A stretch of DNA of 63,581 nucleotides, the filler included, from Guillardia theta CCMP2712 (lineage: Eukaryota; Protista; Cryptophyta), in the NCBI RefSeq assembly GCF_000315625.1. It is 8 parts of 8 records of this genome, joined end to end, with 100 filler letters (N's around TTAATTAATTAA, not from the genome) between each part and the next. Parts side by side here need not be neighbours in the genome. Positions count along the whole stretch, not along the records: positions 45,670 to 50,037 come from NW_005434358.1; positions 50,138 to 59,501 come from NW_005434268.1; positions 59,602 to 60,632 come from NW_005434024.1; 5 more parts are not named here. One strand, 5' to 3'. Positions 47,200 through 60,482 of the stretch are shown here, piece by piece. A program made the translations under genes and the position numbers. The notes under the pieces were generated by a model. The model worked only from the letters and a program-made list of their open reading frames with translations, did no database searches and was not told where the DNA came from. Each line of letters begins with the position of its first letter. Position 1 is the stretch's first letter.

Positions 47200-49900
47200 A
47201 GTTTAGTCAACGTTTGGGGGTGAGAGCTACGGGACTGAAGGTTGGGGTCTGGAAGGGAAACGGCTCCTCCTCCGTCCTCTGCCGCCACCCCCGACCCTCC
47301 TGCTCCTCCCGCCTCGCCGCCTCCTGCTCCCCGCTCAGCACTCCTCCTCCTCTCCTGTCGTCTCCTCCTCCTACTTCCTCCTACTTCCTCCTACTGCCCC
47401 TCCTGCAGGCTCATCCTCCTCCTTCTTCCTCCTTCTTCCTGCCGTCTCCTCTTCCTCCTCCTGCAGTCTCTTCCTCCTCCTTCTCCTTCTCCTTCTCCTT
47501 CTCCTCCTCCTTCTCCTCCCCCTTCACTTCAAGCTCCTGCTCCTGCTTCTGCTTCTCTCCTGACCTGCGAGCGCTGGGACGTGAGGATGAAGGCAGCAGC
47601 GGCTTGAGTTCTGTCGAATCTCCAGTCATGGCGAAGAGAAGAGGAGGGGAGGGAAGAGGGGAAAGGCGACCTCTTGGAGCCTGGGAACCAAGGCAAGGGA
47701 ACCACCTCCTCAACCTCAAGCTGCTGCTGCTGCTGCTTCCCTGCCAGGATCTGCGAGGCCAGTCAGGCAGCACTTCCTCCCCTCACACTACCGGTGTGAT
47801 GTTGTGCGACCTCGCGTTCCTCCCTGCCAAGACCTGCCGCTCTTGTCAGCGTCCTCCTCCTTCCTGCACACGATCACCAGCGCTTGCTTCTCCTGCTCCG
47901 AGAGGATGTGGAAGGACCCATAGACGTGGTGCCCTGCAAGCTCCCTCAGCTTCTCCCTCTCCACCGCCTGCCGCACCAGGAGACTCGAAGCCCTGGCTAA
48001 GGAGGATGGGAGTGAAATTCCCTTGCTCGTGCCGCTCGTTGCGCTCCTGGCGCTCGCGCTCCTTGAGACGAGAGGAGGAGATCTTGTGGAGGGACTCGAT
48101 GACTTGAGTGACTCTCTTGATGTCATGCTCGATGTTGCGAATCGACTTGTGATGCTCCACGATCCTCCCCTGATGTCTCTTCTCAAACCTGCTGACACTT
48201 AGAGTCCTCTCCTCTCCTCTCCTCTCCTCTCCTCTCCTCTCCTCTCCTCTCCTCTCCTCTCCTCTCCTCTCCCTCTCCTCTCCCCTCCCCTCCTCTTCAT
48301 GCTCTCTTCACCCACTTGCGCAGCTTCTCGAGGTCTCGGTTCAGCTCGTCCACTCGCTTCCTCGCCAGCGCTCGCTGCCATGATGTGACGATATAGCAAA
48401 GAGAGAAAGAGGAAGGGGAGAGGAGAGGAGAGGAGAGGAGAGGAGAGGAGAGGAGAGGAGAGGAGAGGAGAGGAGAGGAGAGGAGAGGAGAGGAGAGGAG
48501 AGGAGAGGAGAGGAGAGGAGAGGAGAGGAGAGGAGAGGAGAGGAGAGGAGAGCTACCTGAGCAGCCGTCACGGCTGTCTTTGAGATCTTCACTTGTCGTT
48601 CCTTGTGGCCTGAAACCTCAGCCAACTCCTTCTCTGCATATACTTCAATGTCTCCTCCTCCTCCTTCTCCTCCTCCTCACCTATTCGCTTGATCTGCTCC
48701 TCTTCCGTCGCTATCTTTATCCATCGCTGCTTGAGGTCCTCGTGTGCTTCCTGCATCAACAGACGTCTGTCGCGAACACGGACAGGGGCAGGGGCAGGGG
48801 CAGGGGCAGGGGCAGGAGTAGCATCACGTCGAACTGCTTGGTGCGCTGGAGGATGGAAACTTCTCGCTTTTTGTCCGTGGCCGCCACTACCTGCCCTAGA
48901 GTGTAAGACTAGACCAGCAGGAGCTCGAGGGAGGAGGCGAAACGAGAACGAGAGGACTAGAGAGGAGGAGGAAAGGGAGAGAAGGAGAGGAGGAGGAGCA
49001 GGAGGAGGAAGCTGACTTCTTCATCGGTTGGCGGATGATAGACGAGCATGTCGTGGTGAATGTTTCCTCTTGCAACCAACGTCGGCTTGAAGCGATTCTT
49101 AGCTATCAAATATCTGTGTAGGTTTGATCAGCATTGAGCAGAGAAGGGAAGAAGAAGAGAGCTGAAGCTTACTCTCGTTCCTCGAGCTCTCGCTGCAGCT
49201 CTTCATCCAGCCGTTTAGCTCGTTCAAGCTCCGCCCTACCAGAGTGAGGAGATCAGGGAAGCATGAAAAGGGGGGAAGAGAGAACAGGGGAGAAGGAGGA
49301 GAGGTAGGGGGAGGAAGGGATCGATGCAGTACCGCACGGCTTGTATGTTCTCTTCTTCTTGGCGCACGGAGGTCTCCGACAGCTGCAGCGGGTGAGGACG
49401 CGGAGCAGGAGAGGGAAAGGGCCCACCCTCCTCCTCCTCATCTGTCGCTCCCTCAGCCTCCCAAGGGCGTTGACGATCCTCCGGCCTCGTGCCTCGAGCG
49501 CCTCGAGATCTCGTGGGGAGGAGGAGCTGATGACGCGGCGAGCGACGAGCTCTTGATAGCTCCGCATCTCCTCCTTCAGCTTCATGAACCTCTCCTCCTC
49601 CCGCTCGCCCATGGCATTTCCTCCTCCTCCGTCTCGCCCCCAGAGTCGTCCGAATCGCTCTCTCGATGCGCCTGCGATGACCATGCATGAGGAAGAAGAG
49701 AGGAGGAGGGAGGGAGGAGGAGGAGAAGGAGGAGGGTAGGACCTTCAAGGTACCAAGACCAGCGAGGGGGGTTGGCATCATGGAGGAGGAGACGGAGGCG
49801 CTGCTGCAGGTGAGAAGAGAAGGAGGAGCGAGACAAACTCACGGCGTCGCGTCATACTCCACATCCTCCACCACCGAGTACTTGCGCGTGAGCTGCTCAG
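47200..49900 (-). CDS. Hypothetical multi-exon coiled-coil protein (boundaries approximate)
   Basis: Charged helical exons (FMKLKEEMRSYQELVARR, HKSIRNIEHDIKRVTQVIESL) separated by microsatellite introns. Confidence 0.4.
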
Positions 49901-50137
49901 GATTAGCTGGACAGGAGGGTGGTGGTGGTGGTGGTGGTGGAGGAGGAGGAGGAGGAGGTGAAGGAGGTGAAGGGGGGAGGAGGGAGGAGGGAGGAGGAGG
50001 AGGAGGAGGAGGTAGGAAGGAGGGACGGAGGGACGGANNNNNNNNNNNNNNNNNNNNNNNNNNNNNNNNNNNNNNNNNNNNTTAATTAATTAANNNNNNN
50101 NNNNNNNNNNNNNNNNNNNNNNNNNNNNNNNNNNNNN

Positions 50138-50207
50138 GTGATGATGATGATGATGACGATGATGATGATGATGGGATGATGATGATGATGATGACGATGA
50201 TGATGAC

Positions 50208-50242
<35 letters not shown>

Positions 50243-50318
50243 CGATGATGATGATGATGACGACGATGACGATGATGATGATGATGACGATGATGACGAT
50301 GACGATGATGATGATGAC

Positions 50319-50368
<50 letters not shown>

Positions 50369-50411
50369 CGACGATGACGATGATGATGATGATGACGATG
50401 ATGACGATGAC

Positions 50412-50441
<30 letters not shown>
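50138..50441. repeat. (GAT/GAC)n microsatellite
   Basis: About 100 trinucleotide units. Confidence 0.95.
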
Positions 50442-50442
<1 letters not shown>

Positions 50443-50800
50443 GTGTTGTGGTTATTATTCTTTTACCCCTCTCACACCTCACTACAGACAGCAATTTTCG
50501 GCAGAGACCTGACACGCTTTTAACGAAAAATCTTGGAAAAAACAAAAAAAAAACCTCCTATCATCATAGACCCTTGAAATCGCTTCCTCCTCCTCCTCCT
50601 CCTCCTTAACGCTAAACCCTCCTCCTCTTCTCAACCCCAGTCAGGTTCGCCCATAGGCTCAGTCCTTCCTCCCTGTTTGTTCAATACTCCTCCCGTTTCT
50701 CCATTCATGTTGGTTACCTCTTACACTACCGCTACTGCTTCTTCCTCCTCATCACCGTCCTCACCGTCCTCTTCCCCCCCCGTCCCCCTCAACACCCTCA

Positions 50801-52054
50801 TCATATCGTGTTCGTCTCACCAAGAATTCTGTTCATCCACAGCGAGTTTGAGAGCTTGTCGCCCACTCGCGCAATCTTCCCCGCATGTTCCTCCCTCCAC
50901 CTCGTCAGGTTCCCCACAGTGATGGAGGAGGAGAAGGAGGAGGGAGGGAGGACGACGACGGGGAGCTCAAGTTTCCTCCACATCCTATCGAGAGAGGAGG
51001 AGGTAGTTATCACGATGCAGCCCAGCAGCAGCGCTTCCCACGTCCTGTGGCAGTCGAGGCCATTGCCGGGCAACGAGATCTCGAACGCGAATTTCGACTT
51101 CTCCCTCCACGCCATCTCCCTCCTCTGCCTGCCCCCTCCTCCACCCCACTCTACCAGCTCGTTCCCCTCCAGCTCTTTCACTGCCTCCGCCCTTGTCAAC
51201 CCTCCAGCTCCGAACCTCCTCCCGTACTTGGCGTTGACCTGAAAGTCCGCATACACGCGCAGGATCCTCTCCTCGCTCCGCTTCATCCTCCTCCTGATCT
51301 GCTCAAGCACTTCCTCCTGCTCCCTTGGGCTGCTTGCCTTCTCCACCCAGTTCCAAGGTAGCAGGACAGTCCTCAGCCCTATCCCCACCTGCATCCCTCC
51401 CAGGATGTACGGGCCCGCTGCCCTTGTATGCAGATCCAGCCCTATGGGGAGGAAGCGAAGCTTTGCTGCCTGCCGCCCTCCTGCCTCCCCCCCCTCCTCC
51501 TCGTTCAAGTTCTGGCACCACCACGACAGCAGCAGCCGATTCTGCAGGAGCGTCTTCACCTGCTGACCATCCATCGCCTCCATCGGCAGCGTCGCATCCC
51601 CGCCCCCCGTCATCAACACGAAGGGCTGACGGATGGAGGGAACAATCCTCCTTACGAAGGAGCGCATGCTCGAGCTGCAGACATACAGCAGCGCTGCCGC
51701 CCTGGGTAGACGAGGAGGTAACATTGTCAGGTTCCCCCAGTCTACCTCCTGCTCCATCCCTCGCACGCTCGTCGCTTCATGGCAGTAGGCGGCGTCCGCC
51801 TGTATCTCGAAGCCCCTGCTCCACACAAACCTGGAGGGCTCCCATGCTGAAGGCGGGACGGGCCGTCCGAGGATCTCAGCGGAGAGGAGGGAGAGGAGGA
51901 GGAAGGAGAAGAGGGAGATTAGAAAGAACCTCAGGAGACGTCGTCTGTGGTGGATACAGCAGGAGAACAGATTGACTCGGGCGATGAGAGCGGAGGTCAT
52001 TCTCGTTATATCCTTCCTCTTCTTCGGTCGCGTTTCCCTCTCAAAACTCTTCAT
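50801..52054 (-). CDS. Type II membrane exostosin/GT47-like glycosyltransferase
   Basis: N-terminal TM segment (FFLISLFSFLLLSLL), PFVLMTGGGD, SKFAFEISLPGNGLDCHRTWEALLLGCIVI. Confidence 0.7.
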   Translation of the reverse strand: MKSFERETRPKKRKDITRMTSALIARVNLFSCCIHHRRRLLRFFLISLFSFLLLSLLSAEILGRPVPPSAWEPSRFVWSRGFEIQADAAYCHEATSVRGMEQEVDWGNLTMLPPRLPRAAALLYVCSSSMRSFVRRIVPSIRQPFVLMTGGGDATLPMEAMDGQQVKTLLQNRLLLSWWCQNLNEEEGGEAGGRQAAKLRFLPIGLDLHTRAAGPYILGGMQVGIGLRTVLLPWNWVEKASSPREQEEVLEQIRRRMKRSEERILRVYADFQVNAKYGRRFGAGGLTRAEAVKELEGNELVEWGGGGGRQRREMAWREKSKFAFEISLPGNGLDCHRTWEALLLGCIVITTSSSLDRMWRKLELPVVVLPPSSFSSSITVGNLTRWREEHAGKIARVGDKLSNSLWMNRILGETNTI

Positions 52055-53199
52055 GCACTTCTCGTCCTCATGCCAGGCATCTCGACTTGGTGCCTTGCTA
52101 GTTCCAGTCAAGCAGGAAGGCAGTCTTGGTTGAGGATTGCTACAGGAATTCAACAAGACATGACGAGCAAGATGGGCAAAGATCGGAAGGAAATGAAAGA
52201 TGGGATTCCGACAAAGGGAATTGAGAAGGAGGTGAATGAGGTGGAGAATAACAAACCAGAGACGAGGGATAATGGGAGTTAGCGAATAGAAGGAGATAGA
52301 GAGGAATGGAGGAAGGAAAGGGAGAGGAGAAGAGGGAGAGAGTGAGGGCAAGAGGGGAAAGAGGGAGGAGCAGGGAAGAGAGGGAGGAGAGGGGGGAGGG
52401 AGGAGAAGGGGAGAGAGGAAGGAGAGGAAGGAGAGAGGGAGGAGAGGCAAGGAGAGGGAGGAGAGGAAGGAGGAGAGGGAGTAGAGAGGAGATGGGTAGA
52501 AGAAGGAGGAGGAGAGGGAAGGGAGGGAAAGGGAGGGAAAGGGATCTCGGGAAGAAAAGGTCTAAAAGTTTTGCGGGCCCGCCCACGATTTATTCCGTTA
52601 GAAAACGTTACAGACGTTACGGGCGTTTCTCATGCCTCTTCGTCGACATGCCCATGTTTGTGCGAGGGGCATGCGCGCTTCAGTGGCAACGATGCTGGGA
52701 CCAACTGCCATGCGCCTCCCTCCTCCTTCGTGTTTTTGTTCTCCTAGCTCCCTCCTATCGCTCCCTGTGATGTCCACCGTCCTTCCATGTACCATGCCCG
52801 CTTCTCCTGTCGCCTTTCCTCCTCTTTCCCCCTGCCGTGCGTGCTCCGTCCCCTCCCCCACCTCACCCGCTTGTCCCACCGTGTTCAATACCCTCTCCCC
52901 TCAAATTACACTGCCTTCATGCACTTTACCCCGCATTGTTGTGGGAGATTCCTTCATCTCCATCTCCACCTTCATATTCGTTGTCGTTGTTGTGGTCGTG
53001 GCCATCCTCCTCCTCCTCCTCCTCATCATCATCATCATCATCATCATTATCATCATCATCATCTCCCACCTGCTTTCGCCTTGATTTCTTCCACCCACCG
53101 CCATTTTCCTTTTCTCGTCACTCTGCATTTCAATTTTGAGTTATATTCTTGCTTTCTTCTTACACCTCGAATCACTTTTATTTCCTTGTACTCGTTTCG

Positions 53200-54133
53200 A
53201 TCATCAGCTATGTCCTTTCGGCCTTCAAACATTTATTGCAACTCACTGAATCGAAAGGCTGATGTAGTCAGTTGCTGCAATGTCGCTGATCTTTGAATCT
53301 CCTCCCTCCATGGAACCCACTCAGCTCACTGTTGACGCAGGTTGAAACTGGACTGTTCCAGACAATTCTCTGAGCAGGATGCCCTTTCTACATCTCTTCG
53401 TACGTCTACCCATCCCTCCCATCTCTCTTCTGACTGTCCTCTACCCACCCCTCCCATCTCTCTTCTGACTGTCCTCTACCCACCCCTCCCATCTCTCCTC
53501 TGACTGTCTTCTTGCTAGCCTGGCCTCATGCTGGCGGATGTGACGACCAACAGCTTCCCCAACGGTCATACAGGAACATGGGAGCATCCTCCTCTGGCTG
53601 GACACGCTGGCGATGTTGGGTAAGATTCCTGCGTGCTCTGCGCCCCTCCCAGCCCCCACCAGCTCATTCTTCTCATCCCTCCCAGCCCCCACCAGCTCAT
53701 TCTTCTCACCCCTTCACTTTCAACTGTTGAACTGTCTTGCTCTCTGTACTCGTCAACTCATGCTTACTGCAGCGATGGAACTTGGGGTGGTACCAACCCT
53801 GTCCTGTACGAAGACTCGTCGTCCCCGCACGGACTCTGCCTCTGACATGCTCGCAGGACCTGGGGGTGGAAGGGAGGACAGAAGGACAGCGGGGTCTACG
53901 ACAATGTTCTCCCGGTGCGATCATGATGTGCTGTGGTCATAATTCGCTGCCGCTCATCTCCTTCCTGCAGGATCCGGACCATCACACGTGGGCTCCTGCC
54001 AGCACACCTGTGGATCCTACTCAGTGAGTGAAGAGAGCGATGAAGGGAGGAGAACGATTCTGACTCTTGTGTGTGTGCGTGTGTGTACAGGTACCAAAAG
54101 GAATGGCTAGGAAACATCATCAACATCTACTGA
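53200..54133 (+). CDS. Small hypothetical multi-exon protein (5' end uncertain)
   Basis: Short GT-AG exon chain ending ..DSGVYDNVLP|DPDHHTWAPASTPVDPTQ|YQKEWLGNIINIY*. Confidence 0.45.
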
Positions 54134-54592
54134 TTGACGATTGCAACTGCAAGGTCCATGTTGCAGAGATCAAAACTTCACTTAATACATAGCGAAATCC
54201 CATGTCATGACAAGAGAGCAAACCTTGCTGTGGGTGTGCAATTAAGATAAACACTGTGATCAAACAGCAGATAAATTGATCACAGTGTCATCTACTTCAC
54301 AACACCACCATCCTGCCAAGTCTGTAATTGTGCTCCTTTTTGCATTCTCTGTCTCTTTGTTCCTCATACATGCTTACCTGTAAGATACCGGGCGCTGAAG
54401 GCGAACATGTCCTCTCTCTTTTTCGTGAGGCTCTTTTTCGTGGTCGATCAGCCTTCGAATAATCCACGAATAGCAATCATCAAGTATATACAGAAAGATT
54501 TATTCAAAATGGAGAAAACAGTGAACGATCAAACAGTGAAAACCAGACGCAGCAACAGCAACTGCAAACCCGGCTAGAAGATCTAAATCACA

Positions 54593-55396
54593 CTACTTGA
54601 AACAAAAGTTGTTCAGGCCCATAGGCCCGTTTGTAGCTAAGGTATGGACGTTGGAAGGACTGATCTTCATGTCAAGCTTCTCCTGCAGCTTCGACCAGTT
54701 CTGAATGTCTTCGATGGCCTTGTTGGCACTCTCAATCATGTCACAGTTGGAAGTCAGCTTCTTCTCACCAACAACGAGCCCCTTCTTCTTCTTGGGCCCT
54801 GGGTTTGGTGACTTGTAAGGCCACTTTGAGATTCCGAGCTTCCTGCATGCCCTCTTGATAGCGGTAGGGCAGATTCCGAGTTTCTTCGAGACAAGCGCAA
54901 GAGGAGAGTTGAAATGACTCTCAAGCAGCTCCTTTGTGAGAGCAACAGGCTCGTCAGAGTTTATCGCATCATGCTTCCAAGAAGACTCTCTTTTCTTGCG
55001 AGGGCAAACTAGTGCAGTCTTGGAGTTGGCTGACCCAGTAGGAGAGGGAGACGTTTCCTCCATGGCCTTGTTCGCAGGCTTGTCCCCGGCCATAGTGCTG
55101 TCAGCCATGTGCATCTTGGGCGCTGCAGCAAGTTGCGCGAGTTGAACATGACCGCTGGACGGCTGCAGAATCTGCTGAATTGAAGGAGGGGCGGAGACAC
55201 CCGCGAGAGTCTGAGGTGAAGGCGACGCTTGAGTGATCTGACGCAAAAGAACTTCGAGGGGAAGCATGGTCGCAGTCAAAGGCTGAGGAGCATTGAGCTG
55301 AAGAGTATTCGCCATCATCAGGCGCGCTTCATAGAGCGCCATGAGGTTTTGTATTGCGAGATTGTTTGTAAGCTGATTGTTTATCGGAGCGTGCAT
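54593..55396 (-). CDS. RWP-RK domain transcription factor
   Basis: LTKELLESHFNSPLALVSKKLGICPTAIKRACRKLGISKWPYK. Confidence 0.9.
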   Translation of the reverse strand: MHAPINNQLTNNLAIQNLMALYEARLMMANTLQLNAPQPLTATMLPLEVLLRQITQASPSPQTLAGVSAPPSIQQILQPSSGHVQLAQLAAAPKMHMADSTMAGDKPANKAMEETSPSPTGSANSKTALVCPRKKRESSWKHDAINSDEPVALTKELLESHFNSPLALVSKKLGICPTAIKRACRKLGISKWPYKSPNPGPKKKKGLVVGEKKLTSNCDMIESANKAIEDIQNWSKLQEKLDMKISPSNVHTLATNGPMGLNNFCFK

Positions 55397-57431
55397 GATT
55401 TTGTTTGGAGCAACAAGAAACAAGAACAGGGAGCAACCAGGACGGCTGTAGAAAGAAGGATCCACTGGTGACAAGAAAGGAAGTCACACCAGTTCGAAGA
55501 GCGGAGGAAGGACAGAGGGGAGGAAGGACAGTGGTGAACGAGGCGGAGAGGATGGAGGACGTAAGCAGAATGGGTGGCGATTTCCGAGAGGAGACGCAGG
55601 GGTACAGGTAGAACTAAAAATTGAGAGGTGGAAGTCTAAACTCCCCGTCACGTTTCCCTGGATATAGTGGGGGTGGGGGTGGGGGTCGGGTAGGATATAG
55701 GGGTAGTGTCCCCAATTCGTCGTAGGGTCCTGCGTGGGGTGACAGCGGGAGGTTGTAAAACCACGCAATGGGGTAGGGTGTTGCAACTGACAAGAGGTGG
55801 GGTGGGTATTGAAGAGGTACTGACAGATTTGGGTGTTGGCTGACAGTCACTTTGTTACCCGAGGGGGTACTCAGGAACGAGGTACAGAAAGGGATTAAGG
55901 AGGGGTGCTTTGCTTGGCTTCGATGTAAAATGATGGGTGGGTGGATGACAGGAAGCTAAAATAGGGGGTAGGGTGTATGGAGGAGGGGTGCCAATGATCA
56001 CCAGAAGAATATCTAACTTGCAAGAAGGTCACGTTGGTAGCAAAAAGATGATAGGGAGGTATAATCAATGGCGTTAAGGCGAGTAGATCAGGGTAGACGA
56101 TTTTATAAGTGAACCAATAGGAAAACCTGTAGAGTCTTTATGCCTGTGTTGCATCCTTCCACCTACGTAGCCTATTGAGGGGTCTAACGTACTGCCTGCT
56201 CGTGACCAAGATTCCTAAATGTTATTTTAATATGCCATGAGCTGTGTGGTAAACTATGATCTTTAGAATAATAGGGCCAACTCCGGTCAGCAAAGCATGC
56301 TTAAGTCAGCATTACCCGTCGGAAAGCGGAGAAGTAACGTGATAAATCAGGTAGTAAGGCCCCCAAACCCCACTCGCAACGGTCAACTCCTACCCTACCT
56401 CACAATCCAATAAACCTATCCACCTCTGGTCGATTGTTTCCCCAGAATATCAGGCCCAAAGGGTGGGTGGGATTCGGGCGAGATGGTGGGGGGTACTTCC
56501 CGAATCACTTGTCTTACAGGCACCTGGTGCCTTTGTCATGCAGCTCTCACGAAAGAAATTTTGAAGGGCCTCAATCTCGTAGCCCTTATTGACCTCAATT
56601 GTTCGGAGTTGCTAGGTCCTATATCGGCACCACGGGGTGGGTCGGAATTGGGGGATGCCTCGGAAGTTAATCTGATATCATAACCCTCAAAGATCAGAGA
56701 TTCTTCAATTGATGTCTTAGGTAGAATTGATGATCATGCTATATAGCCTTTGACGAAAGGATGCGACTCAACACTCGGAGGATCCATGGGGGTTATGAAA
56801 CAAAAAACGTTTGGAAACAAAGAAAAGAATCAGCAAAATGGTTGCATTCCGAGAGGTTGGGAGTTTAAAAAGGGGTATGCCAACAAAGGCCACCCCCCTG
56901 TGTCTGTATTCACAGGGGTGTATTCGGATTCACCGTGTGGTAATAAGGATACATTTGCTGTAACGTGATTGGGGAGAAAGGAAATGTGGGGATGACATGA
57001 TCAGTCTTGTTACTCCTGGTAACGTGACCTATTGGGAGTCATGGGTCACTTTCCGGCATTGGGAGGCGGAGGATATGTAAAGAAGAGTACCCACCCCTAC
57101 CTACTATTATGGGGTACCTTGTCAGCAAGATTGAAGGGTGCAAGATATCATAGCTGCCTCCAAATCCAGGCGGCTGAGACCGGGCCCGTGACTGAGGAGT
57201 CCCGGCGGCGGCCTCTACCACTGAACTTTCACTCATCATCCCACGCCGGTATCGGTCTATTTTACTAGGTGACCCGGGCCGCGGCGGCGGCGGCGCCCCG
57301 TGCCGCCGGAAGACGGTGCGGCCCCCCGGCGGCGATCGGACCGTGGCCACCGTGACACGCCGCCGAGTCAGGCGCTCGCGGCCGCCGCCGACCGGAGTCC
57401 TCCCGGAGCCTGGGCTCAGGGCCCGGCCCCC

Positions 57432-59501
57432 CATTCTGGGGTCAAACCGCGTTGGTTTTTGCCCTATATCTTCAAGGGGGTGGTGCATGGGAAAATGGGG
57501 GTACACGGCGTGTGATTTGCGCAGGTTGAAATTTTGTACTGTTGAAATTCAAACCATATTCAAAACCGTGATTAAAAGTGATTTTGGAAGTTTAGCTTAT
57601 CGTTTCTTGGTACCTTCTAAAATGTTTTAATTCTACACGCCTCCACCCACTACCCCAGCGCGTCTCCCCTCACCATTCTGCTCTCATGTCGCGAAGCTCT
57701 TCTCTGCCGATCCTTGTCTTCAGTGTTTGAGTTTTGTGCGAGCATGTTTGCCCAAGTTGCAGTCACTTGCAGCAGGTGAGCCTCATCAATATTTCTCTTC
57801 GTCAAACCCGCTGTGCCGGTTGGTGAAAATGTTACAATGCCATAATCTGTTTTCAAAGTTTGGTTTGTTGAACGCATCCATTGATGGGGACGAGTATACC
57901 ACGAACACACACGAGCATGAAGAGACTCGAAAGTATTTTGTGAGAGGAAAAGGTGCAAATGAACTCATTACATCACACAGTTAGAGAGTTCTGCTGTGGA
58001 TTGTTCATTTTTTAATCGTTGTGAACAAGTAGCAAAAGCATGGCGATGTTGATAACTAGGTTCTGAATGGTTGCAGCTGAAACGCACATGATTACAAGAT
58101 TCCAAGACCTTTATTCCACGAAGACCTTCATCTTCATGTACTGGATGGAATATCATATTTATGAGAGATGCTTCACTGTGCCACATTACTTGTTCACATC
58201 ATGTTTGTACTTCTCCGCCTTTGAATGATGCATCTCTTGTTGCATGACTTAAAAACCACTTTGTGAAGATGCATAGTCTTGTATATATCCATGTCCACAT
58301 GCTCAAAGCCTTGCCACTTTGTGACAAACAATATTGAAAAATCTTGAAGACAGCAAACCCAACGGCACGGTGTTGGATGGCAGTGCACCTACAGCATGTG
58401 CTTCGATTCTGTTGTGCGCGCACCATATGCTATTGTGGTTGTCATTATCATTGACTGGGAGTCCGTGTCAATTTGCTGGTAGTTCGACATCCTGAGATAA
58501 ATGCTTCGAATGAATAATAAATGTCAAATCAGATATCACCTCCAACCTTGATTCTACATTCATGTCAGTCTGATTGCAACGCACAATGGATTCTTGCATG
58601 CAAGCTGACAAGCTCGAGACTTGATCTCTGATATGATCTGAGGCTTAATTGGACGTCAACAGCTCCGCCATTAGGGAAGCAAAGCAAAGTTCATGCATTT
58701 CACCAAATGTGCGAACATGCAAAGGACTTGAGTGAGGAGAGTTTGGAGAGGGGAGGGGAGATACTTCAACAAGAGCTTCGTGAGAGTCAAGTAATTAGGG
58801 TTTAGGCAAAAATTCAAATATCATCAAACTTTTTCTGAACGTGTGAAGCAACGATGTAACGAAGCGTACAGAAGACATGCCGAGGAGGGAGTCAAGTGAG
58901 ATGTGATTGCGCCTTAATTAAGTGAACTCGTCATTGTCTTACAGATATTATTATTCAGTTCACTTTTCAGATAAAGTACATTACTCTGAGAGCCCAGAAG
59001 TCTTGAAGAGAACATTGATGATACGATTGACTTAGTCGTCGGACATGTAGGATGACGAACTCATGCAGATTGATCCACTCCTGCAAGATCACCAAGTAAG
59101 AATTTATGCTGGATTCTTGATGCCAAGTGTACCTTGCGATCATCTTCTTACTCGGCAGTCCTTCACCTGTGCTCATGGTGGCAGCTCGCTGACCTGGCTG
59201 CTGTGCTCGCCCGGCGGCTCAGCATGACGGTGTGCGATTTGACGATGGGAATGATGGGGAGTGTTTCCCCACCCTCATCGATAGGGTGGGTCATCAAAAT
59301 TGTTTTAGATGGTACAAAACAGCAGTTATAAACCGTTACTCAGTACAACTGCTTGTACCACGGATTCGAATAAACAATTCATTACCGTTAAAACAAATGG
59401 ACACGCCAGTTCAAAATTTGAAGCACCCCTACCACTGATATTACCGAGCACCACCCCTCAAAAACGATGGGGTACACCAAATTCGGTATCCTATGAGAAC
59501 C
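57432..59501. mobile_element. Possible left part of a further related AT-rich element with decayed ORFs
   Basis: Begins ggccccc|CATTCT; 57544-57630 near-identical to 41698-41786; right end lost at the linker. Confidence 0.35.
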
Positions 59502-59601
59502 NNNNNNNNNNNNNNNNNNNNNNNNNNNNNNNNNNNNNNNNNNNNTTAATTAATTAANNNNNNNNNNNNNNNNNNNNNNNNNNNNNNNNNNNNNNNNNNN
59601 N

Positions 59602-60200
59602 TCACCCTCCATCAACTCTTTCTTGGCAAGGATATCCTTCATCCCCTTGGAGAACCTCTGCTGCTGCCCCTGTGACTGTCGTCAGGTCGCCTGCCTCCTC
59701 TCTACTTCTTCCCTCTTGACCCTCTCCTCTCTTGCTCCCAGCTGCCTCCGCTGCCTCCGCTGCCTTCCTCCTATCTCCCTCACCTTCTGGCCCTTCTGCT
59801 CCTCCTGCTGCTTGTCGTCCATCGTGATCTTGGCCCCGGGCGTGAGGAAGTAGAGGATGTGCCCCATCGGAAGCAGAGAAAGGACGGGAGCAGTAGGATC
59901 CCCGTAGCTCCTGAATGCTTCAAGCAGCAGCGTCAGGGATGAAGAAAGGAAGGAGGAGAGGGAGGGAGGGAGGGAGGAAGGGATGGAGATAAGGGGGGGA
60001 CGGTGGGAGAGGCAGGAAGGTAGGTTACCCGCGCCCACTCCTGCCTTGCTAGCAAACCTCTCGTTCGCATCCACCTCACTCCCCAGCTGCTCGATGTGCC
60101 TGAGGTCTGTCGGGCTTGACCTGCGGCGAAGTCGTGAGTCGTTTAACCGGAGCAGGATCAGGATCAGGAGCAGGAGCAGGAGCAGGAAAGGACGGAAAGG

Positions 60201-60271
<71 letters not shown>

Positions 60272-60482
60272 AAGTCTACAGCTCGGGTGCCCAAGGGGGG
60301 GTCAACTTCTTCTCCAGGAACTTCTGCCATGGGAACTTCTTGAACCAGCCATGTCGCATGATTTCTTCCTGCATGCCCTCAGTGAGCTCGGACTCGAGAC
60401 GTGGAGGAGATGACAGGGCCGCCGGCTCCGAGCCTGTTCCTTCGATCCTTGATGAGCAACTTGATGATGAGATCCCGTGATA
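59602..60482 (-). CDS. AGC-family protein kinase, C-terminal exons (partial)
   Basis: RDLIIKLLIKDRRNRLGAGG..EEIMRHGWFKKFPWQKFLEKKLTPPWAPEL. Confidence 0.75.

Noticed and set aside
45670-50545. Long poly-Ser, poly-Met and SSPLL/RGEER ORFs
   Set aside because: These are translations of microsatellites, mostly intronic.
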